Part shown: positions 19,960 through 27,655 of the stretch, piece by piece
How positions within the stretch are numbered: the first letter of the stretch is position 1
Layout: every line of letters starts with the position of its first letter
IMG/VR virus record: IMGVR_UViG_3300030095_001401
Coordinates: 1 to 35,073 of that record
DNA: 35,073 bases
Origin: a virus
Taxonomy: Duplodnaviria; Caudoviricetes
Strand: one strand, 5' to 3'
Notes under the pieces: generated by a model
Databases searched by the model: none
What the model was told of the DNA's origin: nothing
The model's input: only the letters and a program-made list of their open reading frames with translations
Program-made: the position numbers and the translations under genes

Positions 19960-20225
19960 TACACACCTAAATCAGTTTTGCTTAGTAAACCTCTGTCTAT
20001 TTCAAATCCCTCTCCGCCTTTTCTACTAGTTAAAAGCGATCTTCTACCACGTTTACCATAAACATTTGCTACTCTATCTTCATAAGCTTGTTCTTTCAAT
20101 TCTCTTGCTTCTGCAAACTCTTCTTTTCTAATACGAGAACGTCTAGCTTTTGCTTCTTCTTCAATAGCTGGATCTGGTGGTGGTGGTGGTGGCGGCATGC
20201 TTGGTCCTCCTCCGAAACTACACAT
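19959..20225 (-). CDS. Small Pro-rich virion protein (T7 gp6.7/7.3-like)
   Basis: MC start, poly-Pro, GRRSLLT motif; immediately upstream of portal. Confidence 0.7.
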   Translation of the reverse strand: MCSFGGGPSMPPPPPPPDPAIEEEAKARRSRIRKEEFAEARELKEQAYEDRVANVYGKRGRRSLLTSRKGGEGFEIDRGLLSKTDLGV

Positions 20226-21730
20226 TACTTTCTCCTCTCATAAATTCTTTTTGGTTTTAAATCAAAAACATTAAAATTCTTTCTTGCTATCACAGGTTTA
20301 CTACTTTTATTACCAACAGTCAAGTTTCTTCCCTCCCCAGCGCCCAATAACATATATTGTAAAGCATCATGTACATGGGAAAACCTATTCTTATTAGGTC
20401 TTTCATCATATCTTTCCCCTGAAACTTGCATTCTTCTATAATGATATCCTCCATTAAATCCTTTAATTAAGTTAATACACTTTGGATCTATCAATATTCC
20501 AGATTCTCCATCTACCATTCTAGATAATGTTGCATTAACACTCTCTAATCTTAGTGTTACATCATTTGAATGTGTTGGTCTAGCACTAATACCACGTCCT
20601 CTTAATATTGAAAATGGTGTAGATTCGTCTGTCTGCGCTCTATGATCGCCAGCTGGGTCACCAAATATTACAAAATTTCTTGGCATATACTCTGCCATTT
20701 TAGATTTTATTAAATCACTAAAGCGTAATATACCCATATCTTCTGCTACAAGTTCATCTAGTATAAGCCATCTACCCCTTACCTTTTGTCCAAATACTGC
20801 TGCTGGTGTTAACCCAAAATCTATACCTACATAGATTGATGTTTCTTGCATAGAAGCTATATCTCCATTTGCAACATGAACATCTTGTCTAAACATTTCA
20901 TATACAGGTTTACCATCTTCAATTTGTCCTAGTTTATTTAAAACATAAACATCAATCCATGATTTAGTTTTACCTCGTATAATACTTTCATAATAATTTT
21001 TAGTTAAGTTTTTACCATTTTCTTTTTTGTCATTATTTTCATAATTTGTTACACGTTTTTCTTTATCAGTTATTTCCAACATTGCTGGGGGCTGATTAAA
21101 GAATCTCCATGTATCTGGCTTAACTAACATCTTAGCTTCTTGCTTAGTAATATAATCTGGCAACATTGCTTCTCCAGATAGGATTGACCACCAATGATCT
21201 GTGTCTGGAGGGTTAGTATCAGCTATAACACCATACCAACTAGGACCACCATCACGCATACTAGGATAACGTCCAACACGCATAGTACAAGCATCAACGA
21301 TTGATTTAGGTATTTCACGTGCTTCATTGATCCATACTCCTGTCAACTCTAAGGACAATAGTTTCTTTACATCTTCTGGTCTATCGAGGGCAAGGAATAT
21401 AACTTCAAGCTCAATATCTCCTTTTTTAATTATGTGAGTATAAGGCACAGACCAAGCAAATCTACCCCAATGTTCTTCTTCAAACCAATCTAACCAAGTC
21501 TTAATGGTAGTAGTTTTGAGTTGTGGGTTAGTGTTACGAATAACAGCCCACCTAGATTTACGCTTACCGTCTTCTCCTTTTTTTTGCTGTAATGCTCTGC
21601 GCATTATTTCAATACAGCAACTTACAGATTTACCAGAACCTACTGGTCCTCTCAATCCTCTAAAGAAAGATTCATCTTTCATAAATTGTTTTAATATTTC
21701 GCCGTCTGGCTTATAAGTTAACGATGTCAT
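20225..21730 (-). CDS. terL: Terminase large subunit
   Basis: Walker A GPVGSGKS, Walker B VWINEA, coupling DTNPP, nuclease GIDFG, GDPAG, HVHDALQY. Confidence 0.96.
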   Translation of the reverse strand: MTSLTYKPDGEILKQFMKDESFFRGLRGPVGSGKSVSCCIEIMRRALQQKKGEDGKRKSRWAVIRNTNPQLKTTTIKTWLDWFEEEHWGRFAWSVPYTHIIKKGDIELEVIFLALDRPEDVKKLLSLELTGVWINEAREIPKSIVDACTMRVGRYPSMRDGGPSWYGVIADTNPPDTDHWWSILSGEAMLPDYITKQEAKMLVKPDTWRFFNQPPAMLEITDKEKRVTNYENNDKKENGKNLTKNYYESIIRGKTKSWIDVYVLNKLGQIEDGKPVYEMFRQDVHVANGDIASMQETSIYVGIDFGLTPAAVFGQKVRGRWLILDELVAEDMGILRFSDLIKSKMAEYMPRNFVIFGDPAGDHRAQTDESTPFSILRGRGISARPTHSNDVTLRLESVNATLSRMVDGESGILIDPKCINLIKGFNGGYHYRRMQVSGERYDERPNKNRFSHVHDALQYMLLGAGEGRNLTVGNKSSKPVIARKNFNVFDLKPKRIYERRK

Positions 21731-21917
21731 GTTCTACTGCTAGTTTGTAAAGTCTCTCTAAAGTCAAAGCATTTAAAGATTCTAAGACTCTTTCAGCCTC
21801 TCTATCAGTAATTGCTTCTTTTGGTAAATCTTTCATATGACTCATCTTAACAGCCATTATTAGTTTCTTCATAGCTGGTTTGTTGTATTTTCTAAGTGTT
21901 TCTATTGAGTGTGCCAT
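21711..21917 (-). CDS. Hypothetical protein, 68 aa
   Basis: TAATG-coupled to upstream gene; overlaps terL start. Confidence 0.75.
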   Translation of the reverse strand: MAHSIETLRKYNKPAMKKLIMAVKMSHMKDLPKEAITDREAERVLESLNALTLERLYKLAVEHDIVNL

Positions 21918-23653
21918 TATTTTTTAGGGTTTTTAGGTTTATTTCTATTAAAATATCCAGCAAATAATTTTCTTAAAGCAGCAGCATCAACATTAGGTTC
22001 TTTTGATCTATTGACTGGGCTATAAGAACCTTCAAATTTTTTATATGCACCTACATTTTCTCTTGTACCAGTTCCGCCTACTTCGCCCATTAGTTCTCTA
22101 GCTTTTTTATTGCTGCCTTTTTTAACTCCTTGTCTTATTACTGTTTTACCTAAGTTAACAGTATCTGGTATTGTTGATTGTCTTAATAAAGCTACTGCAT
22201 TATCATCCATCAATGGTATACCAGAACCTACATTAGTTATTATTTTGTTATTTAATCCTTTAGTCTTACTGCTCTTAGCTAGGAATCGCATATAGCTTAA
22301 TGCTCTTGATGTTGGAGTTTGTTTAATTATATTTTCTGTTTGTATTATATTTTTTACTTCATCTCTACCAACAATATTTTGATACTCAATACGTTTATTC
22401 CTCGAAAAAGGATTATCTACAAAAATACCTTTACCTGTTTTTCTATCCTTAGCATATGTATATTTAGCAACAGTAGACAATGCACTAGCTTTATCTAATG
22501 TTTCTTGTGGAGTATCAATCTTAGTAACATCTGTACCTCCAGATCCTTTTTTTGCTAGTTTAGTAGTTGCTTCTGTTGCTTTAACATCTGTTACTTTTAT
22601 ACTTGGAAAAAATCTTTTAAGGTATCTTCTTAGTACAGTTTCAGCGTTTTTTGTTTTATCACTAGTGCTTCCTCTTATTTCAGTAAGCATTTCAGGAAAT
22701 TTTGTACCCCAATGTCCTTTATCTTGTCTATGAGTCAATGTTGTACTGCCTGTTTCTTTAAGTTTTGCTAATGCTTTAGGATTTTGTTTAAAAGATTGCT
22801 TTATTAAATCTTTCATTAGTTGATCACTAATATTTTTATTTACCTTACCACCTCTTATTTTAACGCCCTCTCCCCATTGTCTAGAATAAATAGCTTCATC
22901 AAATTTTCCAGTTTTTAAAGTTTGATAAGCTTGTTCTACTGTTTTATATTCTTTTCCTTGATACTTAAAAGGTCTCAATGCTAGATTACTTAATGCTTTA
23001 TTTTCGCCAGAACTCCACCAAATATTACTAGATGGCACTTTACTAGTTTTAACTGGCATAAAAAATTCTGTATATGGATCTCCACGTTTTTCAGCATCTT
23101 TAATTTCTTTTCTTACTCCAGATACAACGGCTCTTCTTTCTAAAGAGGCTTGTTTGTCATCAATTTTTATATCTTTAGTATAAGTCCCGGAACGTTTAAC
23201 ATCTTGTTTTACACTCTCTTGATAGAGTTTAGATGTATCTTTGATAACATTGCCAACACTTGACTTACCTTTTCTTTGATAGTTGTATGAATCAGTATTA
23301 GTTTTTGCTGGTGTAGTATTTCCTTTAACATCGAATACTACTCTGCCTTTTGCTAGTGGATCTTTAGTTGCTTGTTTAAGATAGGTTTGTTTATCTGATC
23401 TAACAGCACCTACATTCTTATCAATTACAATTGCTCCTTTTGCTTTGAGTAATGTAGGAGCGCCTCTTAATAGATAAGATTGAGCTAAGTCTCCCAGAGG
23501 CTCGTAATTGCCCTTTTTTGCCTCTTTTCCAGCCTCATAGCCCACATACCCTAGTGTTCCAACATTGGCTGTTTTTAATAACTTAGGGATTGCTTTACGA
23601 GCTATTGTTCTAATAGCAGCGCCAGCAATAATTGGGATAAGTGGTAATGCCAT
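21917..23653 (-). CDS. 578-aa Lys-rich protein with a central NADAR (YbiA/DUF1768)-like domain at about 22671-23029
   Basis: LSNL..RPF.Y.G..Y.TVEQAYQTLK, LMKDLIKQSFKQNP.AL.KL.ETG...LTH..DKGHWG...MLTEIR follow the NADAR motif order; ACAAGGA RBS. Confidence 0.82.
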   Translation of the reverse strand: MALPLIPIIAGAAIRTIARKAIPKLLKTANVGTLGYVGYEAGKEAKKGNYEPLGDLAQSYLLRGAPTLLKAKGAIVIDKNVGAVRSDKQTYLKQATKDPLAKGRVVFDVKGNTTPAKTNTDSYNYQRKGKSSVGNVIKDTSKLYQESVKQDVKRSGTYTKDIKIDDKQASLERRAVVSGVRKEIKDAEKRGDPYTEFFMPVKTSKVPSSNIWWSSGENKALSNLALRPFKYQGKEYKTVEQAYQTLKTGKFDEAIYSRQWGEGVKIRGGKVNKNISDQLMKDLIKQSFKQNPKALAKLKETGSTTLTHRQDKGHWGTKFPEMLTEIRGSTSDKTKNAETVLRRYLKRFFPSIKVTDVKATEATTKLAKKGSGGTDVTKIDTPQETLDKASALSTVAKYTYAKDRKTGKGIFVDNPFSRNKRIEYQNIVGRDEVKNIIQTENIIKQTPTSRALSYMRFLAKSSKTKGLNNKIITNVGSGIPLMDDNAVALLRQSTIPDTVNLGKTVIRQGVKKGSNKKARELMGEVGGTGTRENVGAYKKFEGSYSPVNRSKEPNVDAAALRKLFAGYFNRNKPKNPKK

Positions 23654-23656
23654 AAT

Positions 23657-23833
23657 TTATCCTTGTTGGTCTATCAAATCTTGTGCCATTTTAGATGCTT
23701 CTTCATGGCTGTGTCCTTTAATTTTTTTAAGTTCTATGTAGTCTTTGACTCTTTGATTACGCCTAGACCTTTTTTCTTTTGCTTCATTAGCAACAATATT
23801 TTTAGCTTTACGAATGTTTTTTGCTAGGCTCAT
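23657..23833 (-). CDS. 58-aa basic hypothetical protein (absent from ORF track)
   Basis: Hand translation MSLAKNIRKAKNIVANEAKEKRSRRNQRVKDYIELKKIKGHSHEEASKMAQDLIDQQG*; ATGA overlap with upstream gene; fills the gap exactly. Confidence 0.85.
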   Translation of the reverse strand: MSLAKNIRKAKNIVANEAKEKRSRRNQRVKDYIELKKIKGHSHEEASKMAQDLIDQQG

Positions 23834-24273
23834 TTAACTCGTTTTTTATAATCTGGATTATTTTGTAATCTCTTTAGGTTTAAATAACCAAGTCCAGCAC
23901 CTACGCCTGTGTTTTTTAACATCTCTGGCATATGTTTATCTGTCAAAAGAGATTGTTCTTTTTTAAATATTTTAGCTTTTTTATTGTGGCTTTCTACGTT
24001 TTTAAAAAAATTTGTTTGGGTTTTTGCTCTGTTTTGAGTTAACCAATTACCTGAATAGTTCCTATTTTTTACATATTCAAGCTTAGGTTTTTTATTAGCT
24101 GCATTAAAAACATCTTCTGCTTTATTGATTGCTTTGGTGTATTTATAACCTAACAAAGCTCCTTTAGCCAGAAACCCGCCGGGAACAAGAAATGTTGCTA
24201 GCTCAATAGCTGTTTCATTATCTTTATAAAATTTATAAGCTTTGTTACCAGCATTTGATAGTAGTGACTTCAT
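23830..24273 (-). CDS. Lys-rich hypothetical protein, 147 aa
   Basis: TAATG-coupled; Gly-rich hydrophobic patches ATFLVPGGFLAKGALLG and TGVGAGLGY. Confidence 0.8.
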   Translation of the reverse strand: MKSLLSNAGNKAYKFYKDNETAIELATFLVPGGFLAKGALLGYKYTKAINKAEDVFNAANKKPKLEYVKNRNYSGNWLTQNRAKTQTNFFKNVESHNKKAKIFKKEQSLLTDKHMPEMLKNTGVGAGLGYLNLKRLQNNPDYKKRVK

Positions 24274-24368
24274 TACTTTTTCTTCTTCTTCATTGGCATC
24301 TTCTTAGAAGTCTTCTTCATAGGTGGTCTGCCTTTCTTAGATCCATATGTTCCTTTTCCCATTGGCAT
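24273..24368 (-). CDS. 31-aa very basic peptide with AT-hook-like KKGRPP (absent from ORF track)
   Basis: MPMGKGTYGSKKGRPPMKKTSKKMPMKKKKK*; AGAGGAG RBS; TAATG overlap with next gene. Confidence 0.85.
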   Translation of the reverse strand: MPMGKGTYGSKKGRPPMKKTSKKMPMKKKKK

Positions 24369-24423
24369 ATCTACTCTCCTCTCTATGTTTGTTTACGCTA
24401 CTTAAAATTTTTTTTAAACGCAT
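24337..24423 (-). CDS. Possible 28-aa ORF overlapping the 31-aa peptide
   Basis: MRLKKILSSVNKHREESRYANGKRNIWI* preceded by GAGGAG; no other support. Confidence 0.3.
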   Translation of the reverse strand: MRLKKILSSVNKHREESRYANGKRNIWI

Positions 24424-24540
24424 CAATTACTCCTCTCTCTTTATACCACGAGGTGTTTAGGGTTGTGAAGTACTTTTTGAGGAAATATCGTGTGCAAAGG
24501 AGATATATATAAGATATGTGCTAGATTTTTAGACCCTACT

Positions 24541-24897
24541 CTATGTTAAGTCGATATTGATAGAAAAGTTGCCATCTATTAGATGCTGGTGCTTATCTGG
24601 TGCTTTGAATCCTGCTCTATCCAGTATATCCTTGCTAGCTTCCAATCTTACATACTCTGAGTTCGCCCCATCAGATAGATTAACAATGGTATTGATAGCC
24701 TTAGTACTGCCTAGTGCTATCTTCTTCTGTACTTGTGTCATCATGTATGCCTGTACTTCTGGTTTATGTAGCATACGAGAGGCAGATACACGGCTAGACA
24801 CACCCTTGTATCCAGCAAGCTTTGACGCCTCTGTTATAGTACACCCTTTAGCTACGATAGTATCTACAAGTAGCTTTGCTTTATTGCTTATAGCCAT
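24541..24897 (-). CDS. terS: Terminase small subunit
   Basis: HTH ITEASKLAGY...SASRMLHKPEVQAY, VRLEASKDILDRAG, C-terminal beta strand FSINIDL. Confidence 0.88.
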   Translation of the reverse strand: MAISNKAKLLVDTIVAKGCTITEASKLAGYKGVSSRVSASRMLHKPEVQAYMMTQVQKKIALGSTKAINTIVNLSDGANSEYVRLEASKDILDRAGFKAPDKHQHLIDGNFSINIDLT

Positions 24898-25000
24898 TGT
24901 TTATATATAACAGAGTCGGCAAGATTATTCTATTTCTTTTTTTTGTGCGAGCAAGCTCGCTGTACAACTATGTTGTGCTTTTTTTTTCTCAATGCTATGT

Positions 25001-25028
25001 AATTTATCACACGTCTGCGGTGTGTCAA
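25001..25028 (-). promoter_or_regulatory. Leftward sigma70-like promoter (packaging/structural arm)
   Basis: Minus strand TTGACA-caccgcagacgtgtga-TAAATT (16-nt spacer, TG extension). Confidence 0.7.
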
Positions 25029-25080
25029 AACAAAGTGTATCGACGCAATCTCTTTGTCTTGTCTCTTGTTTGCGTCGGTT

Positions 25081-25108
25081 TTGACACATCCTCAAAGTGT
25101 GATAGCTA
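25081..25108 (+). promoter_or_regulatory. Rightward sigma70-like promoter (early arm)
   Basis: TTGACA-catcctcaaagtgtga-TAGCTA (16-nt spacer, TG extension). Confidence 0.62.
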
Positions 25109-25180
25109 CTGTCTTGCATTGAGTAAATAAAACTCTTTGTAATTAAATAAATAAACGACGCTTAGCGTCAGGAGTTCATT

Positions 25181-25519
25181 ATGAACAACAAAATAGTAAA
25201 TAATCTTGTTAACGTTATACTCAAAGAGTCAAAACTAGATCAGTTAGCTGGTCAAGATGACATTAGAATATATGTTCTTAACGCTGTTGAGAATATGTAT
25301 GCGAGACTCTTTGAGAGAAACTTTAGCATATGTGAGAATATTGATAAGCCTCAGACTGACGCTTATGGCAAACCTATGGTTAAGAAGTTCTCACCCAATC
25401 AAGATAGATTGCATGCTAATGCTCATATGCAACGTGATAAAATGTTAGAACTTAAGATTGATATCATTGCAAAAGAGTGTCGAGATGACCTTAATACCAG
25501 ATACAAAAGACAAAGCTAG
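25181..25519 (+). CDS. Hypothetical early protein, 112 aa
   Basis: AGGAG RBS; first ORF of plus arm. Confidence 0.85.
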   Translation: MNNKIVNNLVNVILKESKLDQLAGQDDIRIYVLNAVENMYARLFERNFSICENIDKPQTDAYGKPMVKKFSPNQDRLHANAHMQRDKMLELKIDIIAKECRDDLNTRYKRQS

Positions 25520-25636
25520 TTATCTAGCACACGAAAGAGTCACTTTATGTGGCTCTTTCACTTGGCGTTAGCCAAGTCAACTCAACGGAGGCAGCAAATT
25601 GCTGTCAATCAACTATTATTTGTTATAAAATAGTAG
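25515..25636 (+). other. Run of five short hairpins (terminator, processing or regulatory spacer)
   Basis: gctag/ctagc, gaaagagtcac/gtggctctttc, acttggc/gccaagt, ggcagca/tgctgtc, ctattattt/aaatagtag. Confidence 0.6.
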
Positions 25637-25664
25637 AATATATATAGAAAACAAGGAGACAATT

Positions 25665-26033
25665 ATGTTTGAAAAACTAGACGTACTGACTCAGCTACTA
25701 CATCAGGCTGATAAACTAAACGACAGCAACATCAGATACTTACCAGAAGAACACAAGAATACATCGCTTGAATCAGGAGCTAGATGTGATCTCTCTTATC
25801 ATCAAGGATATAGAGATGGCATTCAATCTATCTTATCTTTCATTCGTATAGATTACGAAATTGAACGAGAGAAAATGCAAAATGATTCTGCACGTATGTA
25901 TCTGGAACATTTGCAAGAAAGAGTCAATGTAAATATGTATGCTGAAAGCAAAGATATGATTGATTATGCTAGTCAAATGACTGAAAAAGAATGTATTACA
26001 TTCCTTAAAGAAAAAGGAGTATGGAATAAATAA
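25665..26033 (+). CDS. Hypothetical early protein, 122 aa
   Basis: AAACAAGGAG RBS. Confidence 0.85.
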   Translation: MFEKLDVLTQLLHQADKLNDSNIRYLPEEHKNTSLESGARCDLSYHQGYRDGIQSILSFIRIDYEIEREKMQNDSARMYLEHLQERVNVNMYAESKDMIDYASQMTEKECITFLKEKGVWNK

Positions 26034-26040
26034 GAAACTG

Positions 26041-26264
26041 CCAGACTGACTGAGTCTGGAGTATCTGTGGGATAGGTAGATGGCGTAACACCTGTAAATA
26101 ACTTGCAAGTTATCTATCTATCCTTAATGAATTAACTTACTGTTAATCCTGGAATGGAACGAGGCGTGTACAGAAGATGTTCAGTAAGTGGATAGACAGA
26201 TAGCACATGGCTAAAAGGAACCGCCGACTGTCTATCCTTAATGAATTCCTTACGGTCGTAAGGA
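26041..26264 (+). ncRNA. Candidate structured RNA: tandem hairpin units with a 17-nt direct repeat
   Basis: tctatccttaatgaatt at 26117 and 26231; five stems, four of them in two related pairs; no convincing ORF. Confidence 0.5.
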
Positions 26265-26287
26265 TGTAATAAAACAAGGAGGCAATT

Positions 26288-26950
26288 ATGCCAGACAATA
26301 ACAAACGTATGACTCCCATCCGTGTACCAGATATGGTATGGATGAAAGAGGATATACAAAATAAGTTTAGTAAACACAGACGTGTTTATGAAAACGAAAG
26401 AGACTCTTTAATCAATGATAATCTTGATAAAGCTATACCTAAATACGTCAAAGTAATAGGATGTGAAAAAGTTTTAGCTGAATTCAAGAAAGCTCATGAA
26501 GCACGTAAAGAGTTTGAATTAACAATGCAAACTAAACTTGATATCTTACGAGCTAAAGAGGCTGAGATTGCTATGTCAATTCAGGATAAAGTTAATGATC
26601 ACATTGATAGTAATCCATCATCTACTAAAGATAACAGCTATAGAAATTCTTTTAAGATGAACCAAGGATATGGTAGTGATCAAGATAGACAGCCAGATAT
26701 TTATTTCTTTAATAAATTTGTGGCAGAAAAATGCAGAGATGAGGCTGAACTTGCTTATGAAAAATCAGCTAGAGGCGCAGCCTTAAAACATCTTAACGAT
26801 GCAGAGAATGCCTGTATTCAGGTACTGCATAGCGGATACGACATCACAGATGCTAGAAAATTTATTGATGATGTATTCAAACAAGTAGGAATTGACAGCC
26901 CACGTATACCTGACGTTAGTCAAGGTCTAGCTTGGGATGGCAATAAATAA
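26288..26950 (+). CDS. Hypothetical coiled-coil protein, 220 aa
   Basis: AAACAAGGAGG RBS. Confidence 0.88.
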   Translation: MPDNNKRMTPIRVPDMVWMKEDIQNKFSKHRRVYENERDSLINDNLDKAIPKYVKVIGCEKVLAEFKKAHEARKEFELTMQTKLDILRAKEAEIAMSIQDKVNDHIDSNPSSTKDNSYRNSFKMNQGYGSDQDRQPDIYFFNKFVAEKCRDEAELAYEKSARGAALKHLNDAENACIQVLHSGYDITDARKFIDDVFKQVGIDSPRIPDVSQGLAWDGNK

Positions 26951-26960
26951 ATAAACCATT

Positions 26961-26990
26961 GGGTAGGTAGATCACGGACTCTGCCTACCC
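26961..26990 (+). other. Intergenic hairpin related to the 26070/26190 stems
   Basis: gggtaggtaga-tcacggac-tctgcctaccc; no U-tract. Confidence 0.65.
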
Positions 26991-27012
26991 TCAACAGAGA
27001 GAGGAAAATATT

Positions 27013-27579
27013 ATGGGATTTGATTTATATGGGATGAACCCAGTTGAACAAGAACATAACAAACCAGACTTAGAATTGTATGACCAAGATAAAGAAGCTT
27101 GGCACAAACAATACAAAGATTGGCGTGAACAAGACGGTGCATACTTTAGGAATAATGTATGGTGGTGGCGTAGACTAGCTGCCTATGTATTAGATTGTTG
27201 TGATGACATGATTTCAGAACATGATCATCAAGCATGGCATGAGAACGGAGGACATGAGGTATCTGAAGCGTTAGCTATTATGATAGCAGATCGTATGCAG
27301 AAACACATAGACTCAGGCGATGCTAAGCGATTCGAAGCTGAAATTATGGACAAAGTAAAAAAAGCTGAAGAACATAATAAGTTTATTAATAAACGATTAG
27401 ATGACTTATGTAATAAACATAACGTTGATAATTGCAGTGAGCTTAAACCTGGAACAAAAAATAAATGGGAAGAAATATATGCTCAGAAAAGTTGGGATGA
27501 TTCTTACCCATTTGAAGTAGTAAATCTAGAGAGATTTATTAAATTCTGTAGAGAATCTGGTGGATTTGAAATCTGTTAG
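27013..27579 (+). CDS. Conserved-type phage hypothetical protein, 188 aa
   Basis: MGFDLY start, YFRNNVWWWR motif, C-terminal FIKFCRESGGFEIC; GAGGA RBS. Confidence 0.85.
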   Translation: MGFDLYGMNPVEQEHNKPDLELYDQDKEAWHKQYKDWREQDGAYFRNNVWWWRRLAAYVLDCCDDMISEHDHQAWHENGGHEVSEALAIMIADRMQKHIDSGDAKRFEAEIMDKVKKAEEHNKFINKRLDDLCNKHNVDNCSELKPGTKNKWEEIYAQKSWDDSYPFEVVNLERFIKFCRESGGFEIC

Positions 27580-27597
27580 ATAGTATAATCATAGTAT

Positions 27598-27633
27598 AGA
27601 TGTAGCACAGTTGTAGATTAATGTGCTACATCT
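27598..27633 (+). other. Perfect 12-bp inverted repeat upstream of ardC
   Basis: agatgtagcaca-N12-tgtgctacatct. Confidence 0.7.
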
Positions 27634-27655
27634 TACTAAAAACAAGGTAAATAAT

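Noticed and set aside
24947-24960. gcgagc-aa-gctcgc hairpin as a terminator
   Set aside because: Not followed by a U-tract on either strand; function unclear
24925-25130. ORFs across the divergent control region
   Set aside because: TTG or weak starts, no RBS, overlap the promoter pair
26041-26264. CRISPR array, tRNA or hammerhead ribozyme
   Set aside because: Only two 17-nt repeats 114 nt apart and no cas genes; no cloverleaf or TTCGA arm; no CUGANGA plus GAAA core in the required arrangement
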